A DNA stretch of 63,407 bases, counting the filler, from Pelomyxa schiedti (Eukaryota; Protista; Evosea), in assembly GCA_020536535.1 (NCBI GenBank). It is 11 parts of 11 records of this genome, joined end to end, with 100 filler letters (N's around TTAATTAATTAA, not from the genome) between each part and the next. Parts side by side here need not be neighbours in the genome. Positions count along the whole stretch, not along the records: positions 1 to 4,941 come from JAHLWZ010001543.1; positions 5,042 to 18,805 come from JAHLWZ010001184.1; 9 more parts are not named here. One strand, 5' to 3'. The position numbers were made by a program, and so were the translations under genes. The notes under the pieces were generated by a model, which saw only the letters and a list, made by a program, of their open reading frames with translations, ran no database searches and was not told the DNA's origin. This document shows, in pieces, positions 1 through 10,587 of the stretch (position 1 is the first letter of the stretch; each line of letters opens with the position of its first letter).

Positions 1-275
1 AGCACATTGGTGTGTCTGTTGGCCGTTGGCGTGCTGCAAACTGTGTGCACACTGTTTTCCCAGAAAAACGCTCGTTTTTTGATCGTGTGCACACCGAAAA
101 AGTTTGGGCAGTCCCAATAATGTTGGCCCCCGCCCGCGCTGGAGTAGCACCAAAGGCCGCCAGCATGAACACCACGGCCACAGTCACAACCCCGGCACCC
201 AATGAATGACGAGTCATAGCGTTCGTCGCTGCTTGCAGTTTTCTGGTAAAAATTGTTTGGATCGATCACGTTGCA

Positions 276-1583
276 ATGACGGCCATAGACTTCGACGCCG
301 CTCTGCTGGCTCGGGAACAAATTGGTGCGCTGGCGGCGGCGTCGCACCCTCGGTGCGGCAGGTCGTCGGCTCTTGCGCGCTGTAATTGTGGGAGCGCGAC
401 CTCGGCCTCTTGTCACGGCGGTTTTTTCCCTACAACGGCCTCGTGGTGCGGCGGAGCTGCGACGGTGGCGTGGCTATTATGGGACCTGGTACTCTCCACA
501 CAGCGACGGTTCGTCCTGAATCTGTGGGCGTCGGCTGAACCGCCTGCCGTGTGGTTTGGATTCAGCCCCCTGATGATGTCAGTGACAACTTTTGGCAGCC
601 GCGAATCTGCGCAACTGCGCGGCGGCATTTGGGTGTCCGAGAACGAAATCATGTGCCAGAGGGATGTTGACAAAGGTGACAACCGCTTGCTAGTCCGGAA
701 GAACGATGTCACCGGTGACGAGGTGATCTTTGACAGATCACCACTGGGCTGCAAAGGGATGAAGTTGACGTGGATCAATTCAAAGTGGCTGGTAGTGTGC
801 AATTCTGGTCAGTGTCCTTCTGAAAAGGATTATCCTGACGATGACATTCCCCAGCGCGAGCCGGCTCTCCTTATGGTATGCAAAATACCAGGTAGTACAA
901 CTCCCTCCGGAAGCTGCGCAAGTTCTCCGCAGATTGGCACAGTAGTACCTATTCCCGCTGACATGCCAGTCAGCTCACTCAGTGGGCCTCTGCTCGATGT
1001 GTTTACAATACTGTTCTGCAGCAACAAAAGAGTCCTGGCGATGGCTGTTGATGTAGAGAGTACATTCCACTCCGCCAGATTGTGTACTGTTTGCACAGCC
1101 AGCGGTTGTCTCGATGATTCATGTGTTCACACCAATCATGTAAACTCAGTGCTGCTCCTGAGAAAAGAAAGCGGTTCACATGTGTTCATCATAGGCACTT
1201 CAAACAAAGTGTTTTCTCTGGAAGAAAGAAGCACCACACCAAAAGTCCTCACGACTGCCAAGGGGTACTCTTTCCCAGTAATCACTTATGTGAGGGGGAC
1301 CCACTTCTTAATATCCAGCCATTTCAAGGGCAACAGGTCATGGGAAGTTTGGGATGCCAACAACACAGAGGGGGGCCCACTGCAGGTGTTCGATCTATGC
1401 CACATGACACCAATGTCTCCAGTGCTCTCAGTTATGACAGCTGTCGGCATGGTGGCTTGGGTTGCAGACGAACATCATCTGTATGTTCTCGATCCACTGT
1501 CTGGTTCCTTGGTTCTATGCTTCACTTTCCATTTTGCTGGCAAGGGCACCATCTACTCTTGTATTCCCTGGTTTATCCAATAG
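276..1583 (+). CDS. Intronless hypothetical protein of an expanded lineage-specific family (N-terminal helical motif, probable beta-rich C-terminus)
   Basis: 435-aa ATG-started ORF. Its motifs AREQIGALAAASHPRCG, LWDLV..TQRRFVL, SPLMMSV, NSKWLVV, WDAN and DPLSGSLV are shared with ORFs at 19803, 31595, 42931 and 45577. Confidence 0.8.
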   Translation: MTAIDFDAALLAREQIGALAAASHPRCGRSSALARCNCGSATSASCHGGFFPTTASWCGGAATVAWLLWDLVLSTQRRFVLNLWASAEPPAVWFGFSPLMMSVTTFGSRESAQLRGGIWVSENEIMCQRDVDKGDNRLLVRKNDVTGDEVIFDRSPLGCKGMKLTWINSKWLVVCNSGQCPSEKDYPDDDIPQREPALLMVCKIPGSTTPSGSCASSPQIGTVVPIPADMPVSSLSGPLLDVFTILFCSNKRVLAMAVDVESTFHSARLCTVCTASGCLDDSCVHTNHVNSVLLLRKESGSHVFIIGTSNKVFSLEERSTTPKVLTTAKGYSFPVITYVRGTHFLISSHFKGNRSWEVWDANNTEGGPLQVFDLCHMTPMSPVLSVMTAVGMVAWVADEHHLYVLDPLSGSLVLCFTFHFAGKGTIYSCIPWFIQ

Positions 1584-1707
1584 GATTGATGCCTGCCTAG
1601 AACAAAACCACTTTTTTCCCTCCTTTTACATATGTGTGGATTCCCACAACTCCTTCTACAGGTCAGTCTCTGAGACTAAAAAAAAAAAAGCACAGGGGAA
1701 TCTGCTC

Positions 1708-2426
1708 TCACCAGTGGACCCGGATGAGCTGCCCCACATCGAGTTCCCCGAACGTTTCGTTGAAAGACTGCTGATCTCGCGCCCACGTGTCAGCCTTTTT
1801 TTGCAGATGGACGGCCCGCAAACGGGGTGTTACGCCTCCTCCGTCTCTGCCCCTCGTAAGAGAACGACAGGGGGCGCCCCTGCCCCCCTGCACCGCGCCC
1901 GCCGCGCCCGCGCCACCCCATCGTCGTCGCCCTCTTCCACGGCCCCGCCGCCGTGCCCCTCCGCCGGCATCGGGAGCGACATTCCCCTGCCACAACCGCC
2001 TCCGTCTCCGTGCTGCCCCGCCGCCGACTGCGGGGCAGACCCTGGCGCCTGGGCGGCCGCCAAGCGCGGCGGCGCCGTGCGCGTGCGGGTCAGGGTGGTG
2101 CTGGGGGCCCAGGTCCCGGACGCGCCCGATGTGCAGTCTACTACTACGACAGGGAGCGCATCATCATCGGGCCATGAGGGTTGCGGGGGGGTGTGCTGCG
2201 TGTGGTGCGGGTGCGCCTCGCCCTTGGCTTGTGGGAGCGGCTCGGGTTCCAACACAGCGTGCAGGTGCAACTGCACGGGGGGGGAGGACAGAGTGCGCGC
2301 GACAGCCAGCCGCGTGGAATCCATGGACACACTGGCGCGAGCGAACCAGTCGCGAGGAACATTATGGGGGGTGCTGCGGCTGACCGTGCAACGACGCGGC
2401 TCGTACCACGGCGGCGTGAGTGGCCC

Positions 2427-2512
<86 letters not shown>

Positions 2513-5168
2513 GACAATTACCAGAAACAATTCCCACTCTCAGTTGCTTTTTTTACAATAATTGGTAAATTGCCATTTTAATTGGCGATAGATGACCAAG
2601 TTGCAGCAGTACACACCTTTCCCTCAAGTACCCATTGATTTCCAGCCCAAATTGAGTCTGTTAAACAAGGCAGGCAAGCTGTCCATCTCGCTCTGATTCC
2701 ATTATCTGTCTCACTTCCTAATTGAAGTTCGCAGATCACCCCAGGTGACTGTGCCACGATCTCCCCCGTCATCTCCGTCAATGGATAGAACTGTACTGCT
2801 GGAACAAGAAAATATGAAGAAATTGTATGTAACACTGAGTGGCCTCTTTTATTCATTGCTTCCAAAAAAGACTTCAGGAACAAGCCAAAACCGGGATACA
2901 GGCTGCGTGCAACCCGGATTTTGTTACTCCATTTGCCAATGTTACTGATGCAATCAGCCGGCTACTACCTTACACTTACTTGATGTGTCCTACACCACCT
3001 CCCGAACCACCAAACAGCAAACAATTTGTTAGTTCTCCATCCATTCCTATAATATTATTTCCTAACTTCCGCATAGGAAGGCCTCATTGACAAGTTGGCT
3101 GATTTTGAAGGTGCCCTTGATGCCTCACAATGTGAAGAAAAAGAGTTATCCTGCTTGGCCTATCACTTCTTTTTTGACGAGATTATGGCAAAAAAAAGTA
3201 AGTGATTTTTACTCCCTTGTTAAAAACTTGGCTAACAATAGGTTTTTTCCAGGGCTGTGTGCCAAACGTGCACAATTTTCCCAATCACAACCATCCACAA
3301 CACCACCATCACCTCCTTCATCCACACCTTCCTCTTCTCAGATGGAGTGATTGTACACATCAGTGGTTGTTCAACTTGAATACATACCAGTCACTGTATC
3401 TCTATCTTCCTTTTCTTCTTCTCTTAGGCTGTTCCTTCTGCCTTATTTTCCTCTGGTTTGGCCTTGGCCTTTTTCTCACAGGTGAGGACTCTGAATCAGA
3501 TGACGACGATGAGCTTGATGAGGACGATGACGACTCCGGTGAGGATGATGAGGAACTTGAGGAGGACTTTTTCTTTGTGTTGTTGCGCTTTTGATTTGTT
3601 GGTTTTTTGGTGTTGTTGCTGCTGTTTTTGTTTGGTTTTTCTTTTGGTGTTGCTGATTTTGGAGTTTTTGGTGTTGTTTTTGTTTGCTTTGTATCCTTTT
3701 CCGCCGGCTTCTTTGGAGGTGTAGTGGGGTGGGTGGTTTTTGTGGATGCCGATGCGGTTGTAGTTGATGTGGTTGAGTCGGTGGACGGTGCTACACTAGG
3801 GGTGGAATCAACCTCGGGTTTTCCTTTTTGATCTGTAGGAGGTTCCTCTTCCTTCTTCTGGAGTGGTTCAGGTGCTTCAACCGGCAACTGTTGATGAGTA
3901 AGTAATGAGAAAGGAAAGTGTGCAACAACGGTAGGATTTTTGGGCGGAGCTGCTTCCTGGGATGGAGTGGTAACTGCTGTCTTCCGGCGGTGTGAGAACT
4001 GGAAAGAGGTGGTCAATCAGGCTCGGAAAGAAAAGGGGATGTAACCGTGCTCCTTCTGGGGGGCCGAGTGGAGGGCTCATGCTCAGTGGGAGTGGACTCT
4101 TTGGGGGTGGTTTCTGTCACTTGTACAACAGGCTGTGGCAGGTCTGGCTCCGCAGCGGTTTTGTCACTTGGTTTTTTGGGTGTGGTATGGACCCCTTCCG
4201 TTTTGTCATGTACAGATTTTACTGGGTTGTCCTTTTCATTGGTGCGCGGCAGTTTTTCTTTGTGGTGTGCTTCTTCAACATCTTGTTTCCCTTTTTTCTC
4301 AGAGACCAGTGGCTGGATGGCTGGGAGATCATCTTTCTCTGCATTGCGAGGTTCGATTTCTACCATTTTGTCCTTAGGTGGTTCTGGTGGAAGCACTTTT
4401 TCCTTGGGGGGTGTTTGGTTGTGTATGACAGGTTCACTATAATGTATCAGATAGCCACAGTCTCCAACTCGTATGTGGTCCTCACTTTTCAGGGTTATTT
4501 TTGTACTCGGAATGATTCTTGCTCCATTTATCTCCACACTGGTCGCATTGCATCGCTCTACCTCGAGTGATACCTGGGGGTAAATGTAAATGTAGTTTGA
4601 TTCCACGTGTTCATATACATGGTACAAGCAACGTAATAAAAATAGTAATAATAAGTACCGTCTTTGTTTCATTATCCACGATCAACATCGCCTCAGTGGG
4701 AAACACCCCGGAAGTTGGTTCGGAGTCGGTCTTTTTTGTTTTGCTCCCACTGTAACAGTTATTCAGATATCGAGAAGTAGTTGGTTCGTGCAGAAGCCAG
4801 AAACACAATGTTTGGCGGGGCAACAAACAAACAAACAAACAAACAAACAAACAAACAAACAAACAAACAAACAAACAAACAAACAAACAAACAAACAAAC
4901 AAACAAACAAACAAACAAACAAACAAACAAACAAACAAACANNNNNNNNNNNNNNNNNNNNNNNNNNNNNNNNNNNNNNNNNNNNTTAATTAATTAANNN
5001 NNNNNNNNNNNNNNNNNNNNNNNNNNNNNNNNNNNNNNNNNGCTGCGATCCCACAATTGTCAGGTTCACCTTCCTCTTTCCCCCACCTCCTACGACCGCC
5101 GGCGTCGGCGTAGGCGTCGTCGTCGTCGCCGGCTCCGCTGCGTTGCCTGCTCCTTCGTTATCACCCAT
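1708..5168 (-). CDS. Multi-exon protein with N-terminal FHA-like domain, long low-complexity P/T/S/K linker and unknown C-terminal region
   Basis: Exon about 4430-4570 reads VSLEVERCNATSVEINGARIIPSTKITLKSEDHIRVGDCGYLI, matching the FHA C-terminal pattern (NG..I....L..GD.I.hG). Further exons can be joined with GT-AG introns down to the stop at 1708. The putative first exon (MGDNEGAG...KVNLTIVGSQ, 5168-5042) lies across a spacer, so that link is uncertain. Confidence 0.55.
2429..2509. repeat. (CA)n microsatellite
   Basis: About 40 perfect CA units, seen directly. Confidence 0.98.
4822..4941. repeat. (AAAC)n microsatellite running into a contig end
   Basis: About 30 perfect units, seen directly. 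Confidence 0.98.
4942..5041. other. Artificial assembly spacer N-TTAATTAATTAA-N (also at about 18806, 33384, 41398, 42826, 44372, 49065, 54263, 59933, 61514)
   Basis: Identical 12-mer with stops in all six frames, centred in N runs, occurring 10 times. Confidence 0.97.
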
Positions 5169-5391
5169 TGCAATCTGTGAAATGGGGAAAACCTCTGTGA
5201 TCTCCCGGCGGAGTGGGAGTACTCCCCCATCTCATCCAACGGTGTACTTCTCACATTGAGATGTGTCGCAAGCCCTAGAGGTCAACGATGTAACAAATAG
5301 AAATTGGAACCTGTTGCAAGTTGTTTCTTATTTGAAGCCCTATTTCGAATATTTAAAAAAAAAACCAGGTTGCAACCATATCTGGAGCCCA

Positions 5392-5448
5392 GGGGCGGTC
5401 ATTTTACATAGAGGAAAAACCACAGGAAAATTGTAAAATGACCGCCCC
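5392..5448. repeat. 17-bp perfect inverted repeat (GGGGCGGTCATTTTACA / TGTAAAATGACCGCCCC)
   Basis: Seen directly. A third degenerate copy GGGCGGTCGTTTGACA follows at about 5459 and a near-copy GTAAAATGACCACCCC lies at about 55399. Confidence 0.85.
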
Positions 5449-5629
5449 ATCGTTTTGAGGGCGGTCGTTTGACAATAAAGAAAAAATTGTCAATTTACAA
5501 TTTTTTCCTTCTAATCTCTTAATTATTTTCTTCCTTCTGGGGTCCGTGTGGTACCACACCATGCCAGAACGTGGCTGTTGGTCGCCTCAATCCTTACAGA
5601 GCTCGTGGTACTCATGGAACTGAAAAAAA

Positions 5630-6310
5630 ATTTTTTTTTTTGCCTGGTCTGAAATGGACATCAGGCCAGGGCACAGAGGTGAGGGTAGAGGAGTGTGGAG
5701 GAGCACAGCAATGGCACAGAGCACAGATGTGAGATAGAGTGGGGTGTGCAAGGGCAAGAGGGTGGTGGGTGTGGAGGTGAGGTGGATGGCAGTCCTGCTG
5801 GCATCTGTGGAATTGTTGAGTGTGGTGAGGATAAAAGGGGAGAGGGGATGTAAATTGGTTACAGGCTCTCAGCTACAAAGCCAGCAAGGCACCATCTATA
5901 ATAATAATAGAGGTGAGAGACTGAAAAAGAAAAAAAGGAGACAATACCAGTGTCACTTGTGCCGGAAATGCCGAAAACGCTCGCACTGTGCAACACTGGG
6001 AGGGCTGTTCAAGGTTGAATGGTCAGGAAGAAAAAAAACCTGATATTGGAGGTGAGGCAAGATTGAGGGTGTAAATGAACCTGAGAAAGCGGAGCAAAGC
6101 CGCACGTATTCTCCTGGACCTGCCTGTCAGTCCGGGTTAAACATAATAATAATATAATATGAGTGGGGTGATGATGAATATGGAGAGGGGGATTTACCTT
6201 GGCGACGTTACACTGTAAGTGGAAAATCCACCACCTATTCTCAGGTGAAACGAGAAAAAGAAGAAAGAAGAAGCCACACACTAGTTGCCAAACTGCTGGA
6301 GATCAGAAGG
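5630..6310 (+). repeat. Diverged copy of a dispersed modular repeat family (hairpin-ended)
   Basis: Shares blocks such as ATTGGAGGTGA, GAAAGCGGAGCA, GGAGAGGGGGATTTACC and GGTGAAACGAGAAAAA with 47157-48165 (+) and 52950-54020 (-). Confidence 0.75.
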
Positions 6311-7102
6311 CCGGCGATGCTTCCATGATACCCACAACACCTGGTTTTTGGACTCTCTGCTTCATCAACAAGAATTGATTGCATGCTTCCCAGCAAAGGC
6401 AGTGTACTTGGTTGTGATGGTTGTGTCAATTGTGTTTGCCCACTAAAAAATTCATTTCTCCCTTGCAGCAGACACAGACGCAACCAAACCAGGGGGATAT
6501 CATCGGCTGTTTTTTGGCCCAGGTTGCAGCCCAGCACCCAGTTTTTCCCTCCACAGGGAAATTTTTTTTCTGTGAATTGTCACAGGGTGTGAGGCATGTG
6601 GTTGTCAGAGCTTGTTGTAACATGGACAACTAAATATTATTGTCACAACCAGCAACAGTAACGACTTAAAACCAAGGTATTGAGTCAACGTCACACTGAG
6701 GACAAGACACTGTGCCTCTCAGGCCATCTCAGTACAGCTTGTTATGGGTGACTACAACAGCATTGCCATGCACATTTAATGTCCTCTGTGCCTGCTGCAT
6801 GTGTGTTTATTTCACAGAAAAAAAGAACTATTTTTCCAGATTTTTTTTTTCTGGACCAAGGCACTTTTGGGCAAAAAAAATTCCTTTCTCCCTTCAGGGC
6901 ACAGGGACTGCTGCAGGACCAAGCACATTTTCTGGTCCACCCTTTGGGCCAGCTAAATCCAAAAGAGCAGATTTTTCCATCCACCCCCGACTGAGGACAA
7001 CACTCTGATTCATCAAAACGAATTTTTTAGTGTGAGTCCCAAAGTTCCTTGGTTTTTTGGCATCACCCCAGCCGTAATCTTCTTTATTTTTGTTTAGGGG
7101 AG

Positions 7103-9588
7103 ATGGCCAGTGCTGTTGCAGCGGGTCGTGTTACTCGACAGCAGCGGCATTTGCAACGACATGCGGTTTCATCATCGCAACCCACACAGATCTCTGCATC
7201 GCGAGCCACACCACCCTCATCTTCACAGTCGCATTGTGGTGACGCAGCATCTAGCGGTTGTGTTGAGAAAATTGCTGGCTCGAAGAGACCTGCTGGTTTG
7301 GCATTCTCCCTTTCCCCCCCGCCCCTCTTCTTGTTGTAGGCACTAATAAGGCTCTGTAGAGCACGCTTTACAGAGTGGCCCTGGTGTAAGTGCGCGAAAA
7401 GCACGCCGTACGACTATTGGAAGGGCGATCAAGCCCAGAAAGATTCTTGTTTTTGATTGTACACCAATATATACAAGCGTGGGGGAGTTCTCCTTTGAAG
7501 AGGTTTTCGGCAGAGTTTATTTAAACCTCCTGACTGACCACACTCAAGTATAGGGCCATTGAAAGCGGGCAGCTCACAAGGAACAATGTTCGCTTTGACC
7601 CTGCAAGGAAAAGTATGTTTTTGCTTTGTTCGATAGTTCCTCAAGAGCTCACTCTTCCCCAGGGCAAGTTACGCCTGAAAACCGAGCGTTTGCATTTGTG
7701 GATCTGGCCATCAGTGCCGACGGTGAAGAAATTCAGTTTGAGGAGGTTTTGGACTGTTCGGTTGAATGTCTTTTCCAATCTCTTCTCTCAGTATCGATCC
7801 CGGACAACGGCAGTTGGAGGAGCTGATGCAATTGTAGTAGAGCCATTCTTCAAGGGGCATCGCGACACTCTATTGGCTGCCCTTGATCCACCGCTTGATT
7901 CTTATCCAGGGTTCTACAAGCCTGATACTGTGGGCCCTCCAAACCCCCCATCAAAAGGATCCAAAATGACTGTCAAGTATACTTTAGGTTGCAACAGAAC
8001 AAAATGAGGATACAATTGACATCTCTTGCAAGGAACAATGTCCTTAAAGGTTGCCCGTATGATAGAACAAGGAGGGTATGCGAAAGTATACTTGGCAACT
8101 CTTGAAAACAGTAAGAGGGGAGACCCAGCTTACGCAGTCAAGGTTCAAAAATGTACTGCTTGTGCACTTTATTTAATCTAGGTAGATTCAAGCCCCTCCT
8201 ACGTCATGGGAGTTCTACATTTCCTCCAAACTTCAAGAACGGTTGAGCGACGAAGAGGTATCGCAACTGGGGACAGCCTTTAATTACGCACTCAAGAAAC
8301 TTTTTTAAAAAGCAAACCTTAGTTGTGAGGACACACTCTTGTACTCTTTTCCGCGATAAGAGTGTCATTCTCATGGACTACAATAACTGTGGCTCTCTCC
8401 AAGTGCGATTTTCCTGAAATGATGCTCCTTAGTCACTTGAAACACAGGATGCTATCAATGCTTACCTCAAAACTAACAAAAAAATGGAGGAGCCTGTTAT
8501 TATGTACTACACCATAGAGATGTTGAGAATAATCGAGGCCTGCCATAAATGTGGAATTATTCACACTGATATTAAGGTAGCAATTTGTTGTTTTTTTTTT
8601 TTTTGGCTCATAGCTTTCTTCAGCCAGATAACTTCATGCTGTATTTCACACGAGATAGGTATGTAGGCGACCCTTTAAACTTTCAGTTCACCTTTTTTTA
8701 CAAAGGCTGAAATCCTCGTGGACTCCAGAGAGACAGAACGGGTGGGAACATCGAGTTTGATATCCCATCTATCTTCTTCTGTAACATAACGTAGGGTCTA
8801 CAAATAATTGATTTTGGCTGTAGTATTGATCAGAGAATGTACCCGCCCGGAACGAAATTCCGCGGTACTGGGCATGCTTCTACCTTTGACTGCCTGGAAA
8901 TGCGCGAGGGGAAACCGTGGGATTACCAGGTTTTTTAGGGCACGTCTAGCTTCTAATCTGATTCTTCTTCAGCCGGACTTGTATGGACTTTGTGCCACAG
9001 TACATTGCATGCTTCAAGGGGATTACATGAAGTTGCAAGAAGAAAAAACTGATGATGGCCGGACGATATGGATGCCAAAACTCCCTCTCAGGAGGTAGGT
9101 TAACTTCACTCCGCATCATTGAACTTAAACTAGCACCCTCAAGGTACTGGCAGCGAGATCTATGGGACAATCTTTTTCGAAACCTGATAAACATCGATGC
9201 AGATAACATGCCAAACCTACGAGACCTGCGGCGAAGTTTTGAGAACTACCTCGTCGCCAATCCAAGCAAGGCAAGTATGATCGCATCCAAGGTTCCCANN
9301 NNNNNNNNNNNNNNNNNNNNNNNNNNNNNNNNNNNNNNNNNNNNNNNNNNNNNNNNNNNNNNNNNNNNNNNNNNNNNNNNNNNNNNNNNNNNNNNNNNCG
9401 AAACCTGATAAACATCGATGCAGATAACATGCCAAACCTACGAGACCTGCGGCGAAGTTTTGAGAACTACCTCGTCGCCAATCCAAGCAAGGCAAGTATG
9501 ATCGCATCCAAGGTTCCCACTTCCCAAAAATACTCTTCTACTCACCAGCAACACAAAACCACAGGCGTTCTCCATCCCAAAACAATGA
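7103..9588 (+). CDS. BUB1: Bub1/MadBub spindle-checkpoint Ser/Thr kinase (about 15 exons)
   Basis: Spliced translation gives GLEBS IYTSVGEFSFEE|YRA, CDII-like EPFFKGHRDTLLAALDPPLDSYPG and kinase motifs QGGYAKVY, YAVK, SWEFYI, IIHTDIK|PDNF, IIDFGCSID, CLEMREGKPWDYQ|PDLYGLCATVHCML and RR|YWQRDLW. These are Bub1-family signatures. The last exon is tentative, and 9179-9298 is duplicated across an N gap. Confidence 0.93.
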
Positions 9589-9761
9589 TAGTAATCGTGT
9601 GTCCTTGTGAGCTTCCCCTCCCAGCACTAGCACTAGCAGCAACCCAACATCAAAAATGTAATCCATTACAACCACCAAACAAAACAGAAGCAACAAACCG
9701 CGTGTTGTTGAACAAAAATCTGTTGTTGTTTGAGGAACAGAACTGTCTCCATCAAACATCA

Positions 9762-10153
9762 ATGGTCGAGTGTAAGACAATCGGCCAAGCAGTCACGGCC
9801 ACAAGCGCCGCTCTCTTTGCATACTACTCTGTGTGGGTACTGCTGGTGGTATGTTCTTGTACTACTACACGCACACGAGCACGCGGAATAATTAACAATG
9901 ACCCATACGCACACTGCAGCCACTGTTGGACCACAGCTCGGGGAGGGTGGTGCGGGGACTGGGGTGGCTGGTCCCTCGTAGCAACACGCTGGCCATCGTG
10001 GTGCCCACTGTGATCAGTGTTGTAATATTCAGTGGGCTGCTTGGTGTCATTGGCGTTGTGATGGTGCACTCGTACATCACTGCTTCGTCGTCGTCTACAA
10101 TGGCTGAGGGGCGTGACGACGTGACGCAACACAAAAAGGACAAGGACCAATGA
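9762..10153 (+). CDS. DPM2: Dolichol-phosphate mannosyltransferase regulatory subunit 2
   Basis: Two exons (intron about 9849-9919) give ...ALFAYYSVWVLLV|PLLD...LAIVVPTVISVVIFSGLLGVIGVVM. This has two TM helices and the F.YY..WV..LP..D signature of DPM2. Confidence 0.85.
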
Positions 10154-10587
10154 GATATGGTTGTTGCACCGATACACGAAATGGAGATATGCATTGTGAG
10201 AAGTGGTGCTGTGCCCTGGGGTCTTGAGAGGCGCCCTGATTGGTGTTGATTGGCGTGTCTTTGTGAGGATCTATTTTTGTTTCATTAGAAGTTTCTCGGG
10301 GGCACTAAAATAAAAATAGGCTTCTTATAATCAAACCAACATCAACAACCTTTTAAAAAACTTTTAAAAATCGAAGCACCTAGTGTGTCGACAAACAACA
10401 AAGAACAAACAAATAATGGGTGCGACACCTCCCCTTTTGATTGTTTTTTTTCCCTCCCTTTGCTGGAGTGTTTCATTTTGTTTTTTTTTTTTTTTCTCGA
10501 ATACCTGGAGGGTTTATATGTTTTGTTGTATCATCATTTCCACTGATTGTTTTTGTAGCTTTCAAACAGTTCCGACCAAAATGTGGC

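Noticed and set aside
1462-2568. 368-aa plus-strand ORF and other GC-rich overlapping ORFs
   Set aside because: These are antisense shadows of GC-rich minus-strand exons and the CA microsatellite.
4986-4997. Recurrent TTAATTAATTAA motif (10 copies)
   Set aside because: It is always centred in N runs and has stops in all frames, so it is an artificial contig linker. Adjacency across these spacers is not trusted.
9179-9518. Direct repeats of about 120 bp flanking 100-N gaps (also about 14640/14861, 20227/20448, 26155/26376, 47589/47810, 58959/59179)
   Set aside because: These are exact unmerged contig overlaps, not biological duplications or frameshifts.
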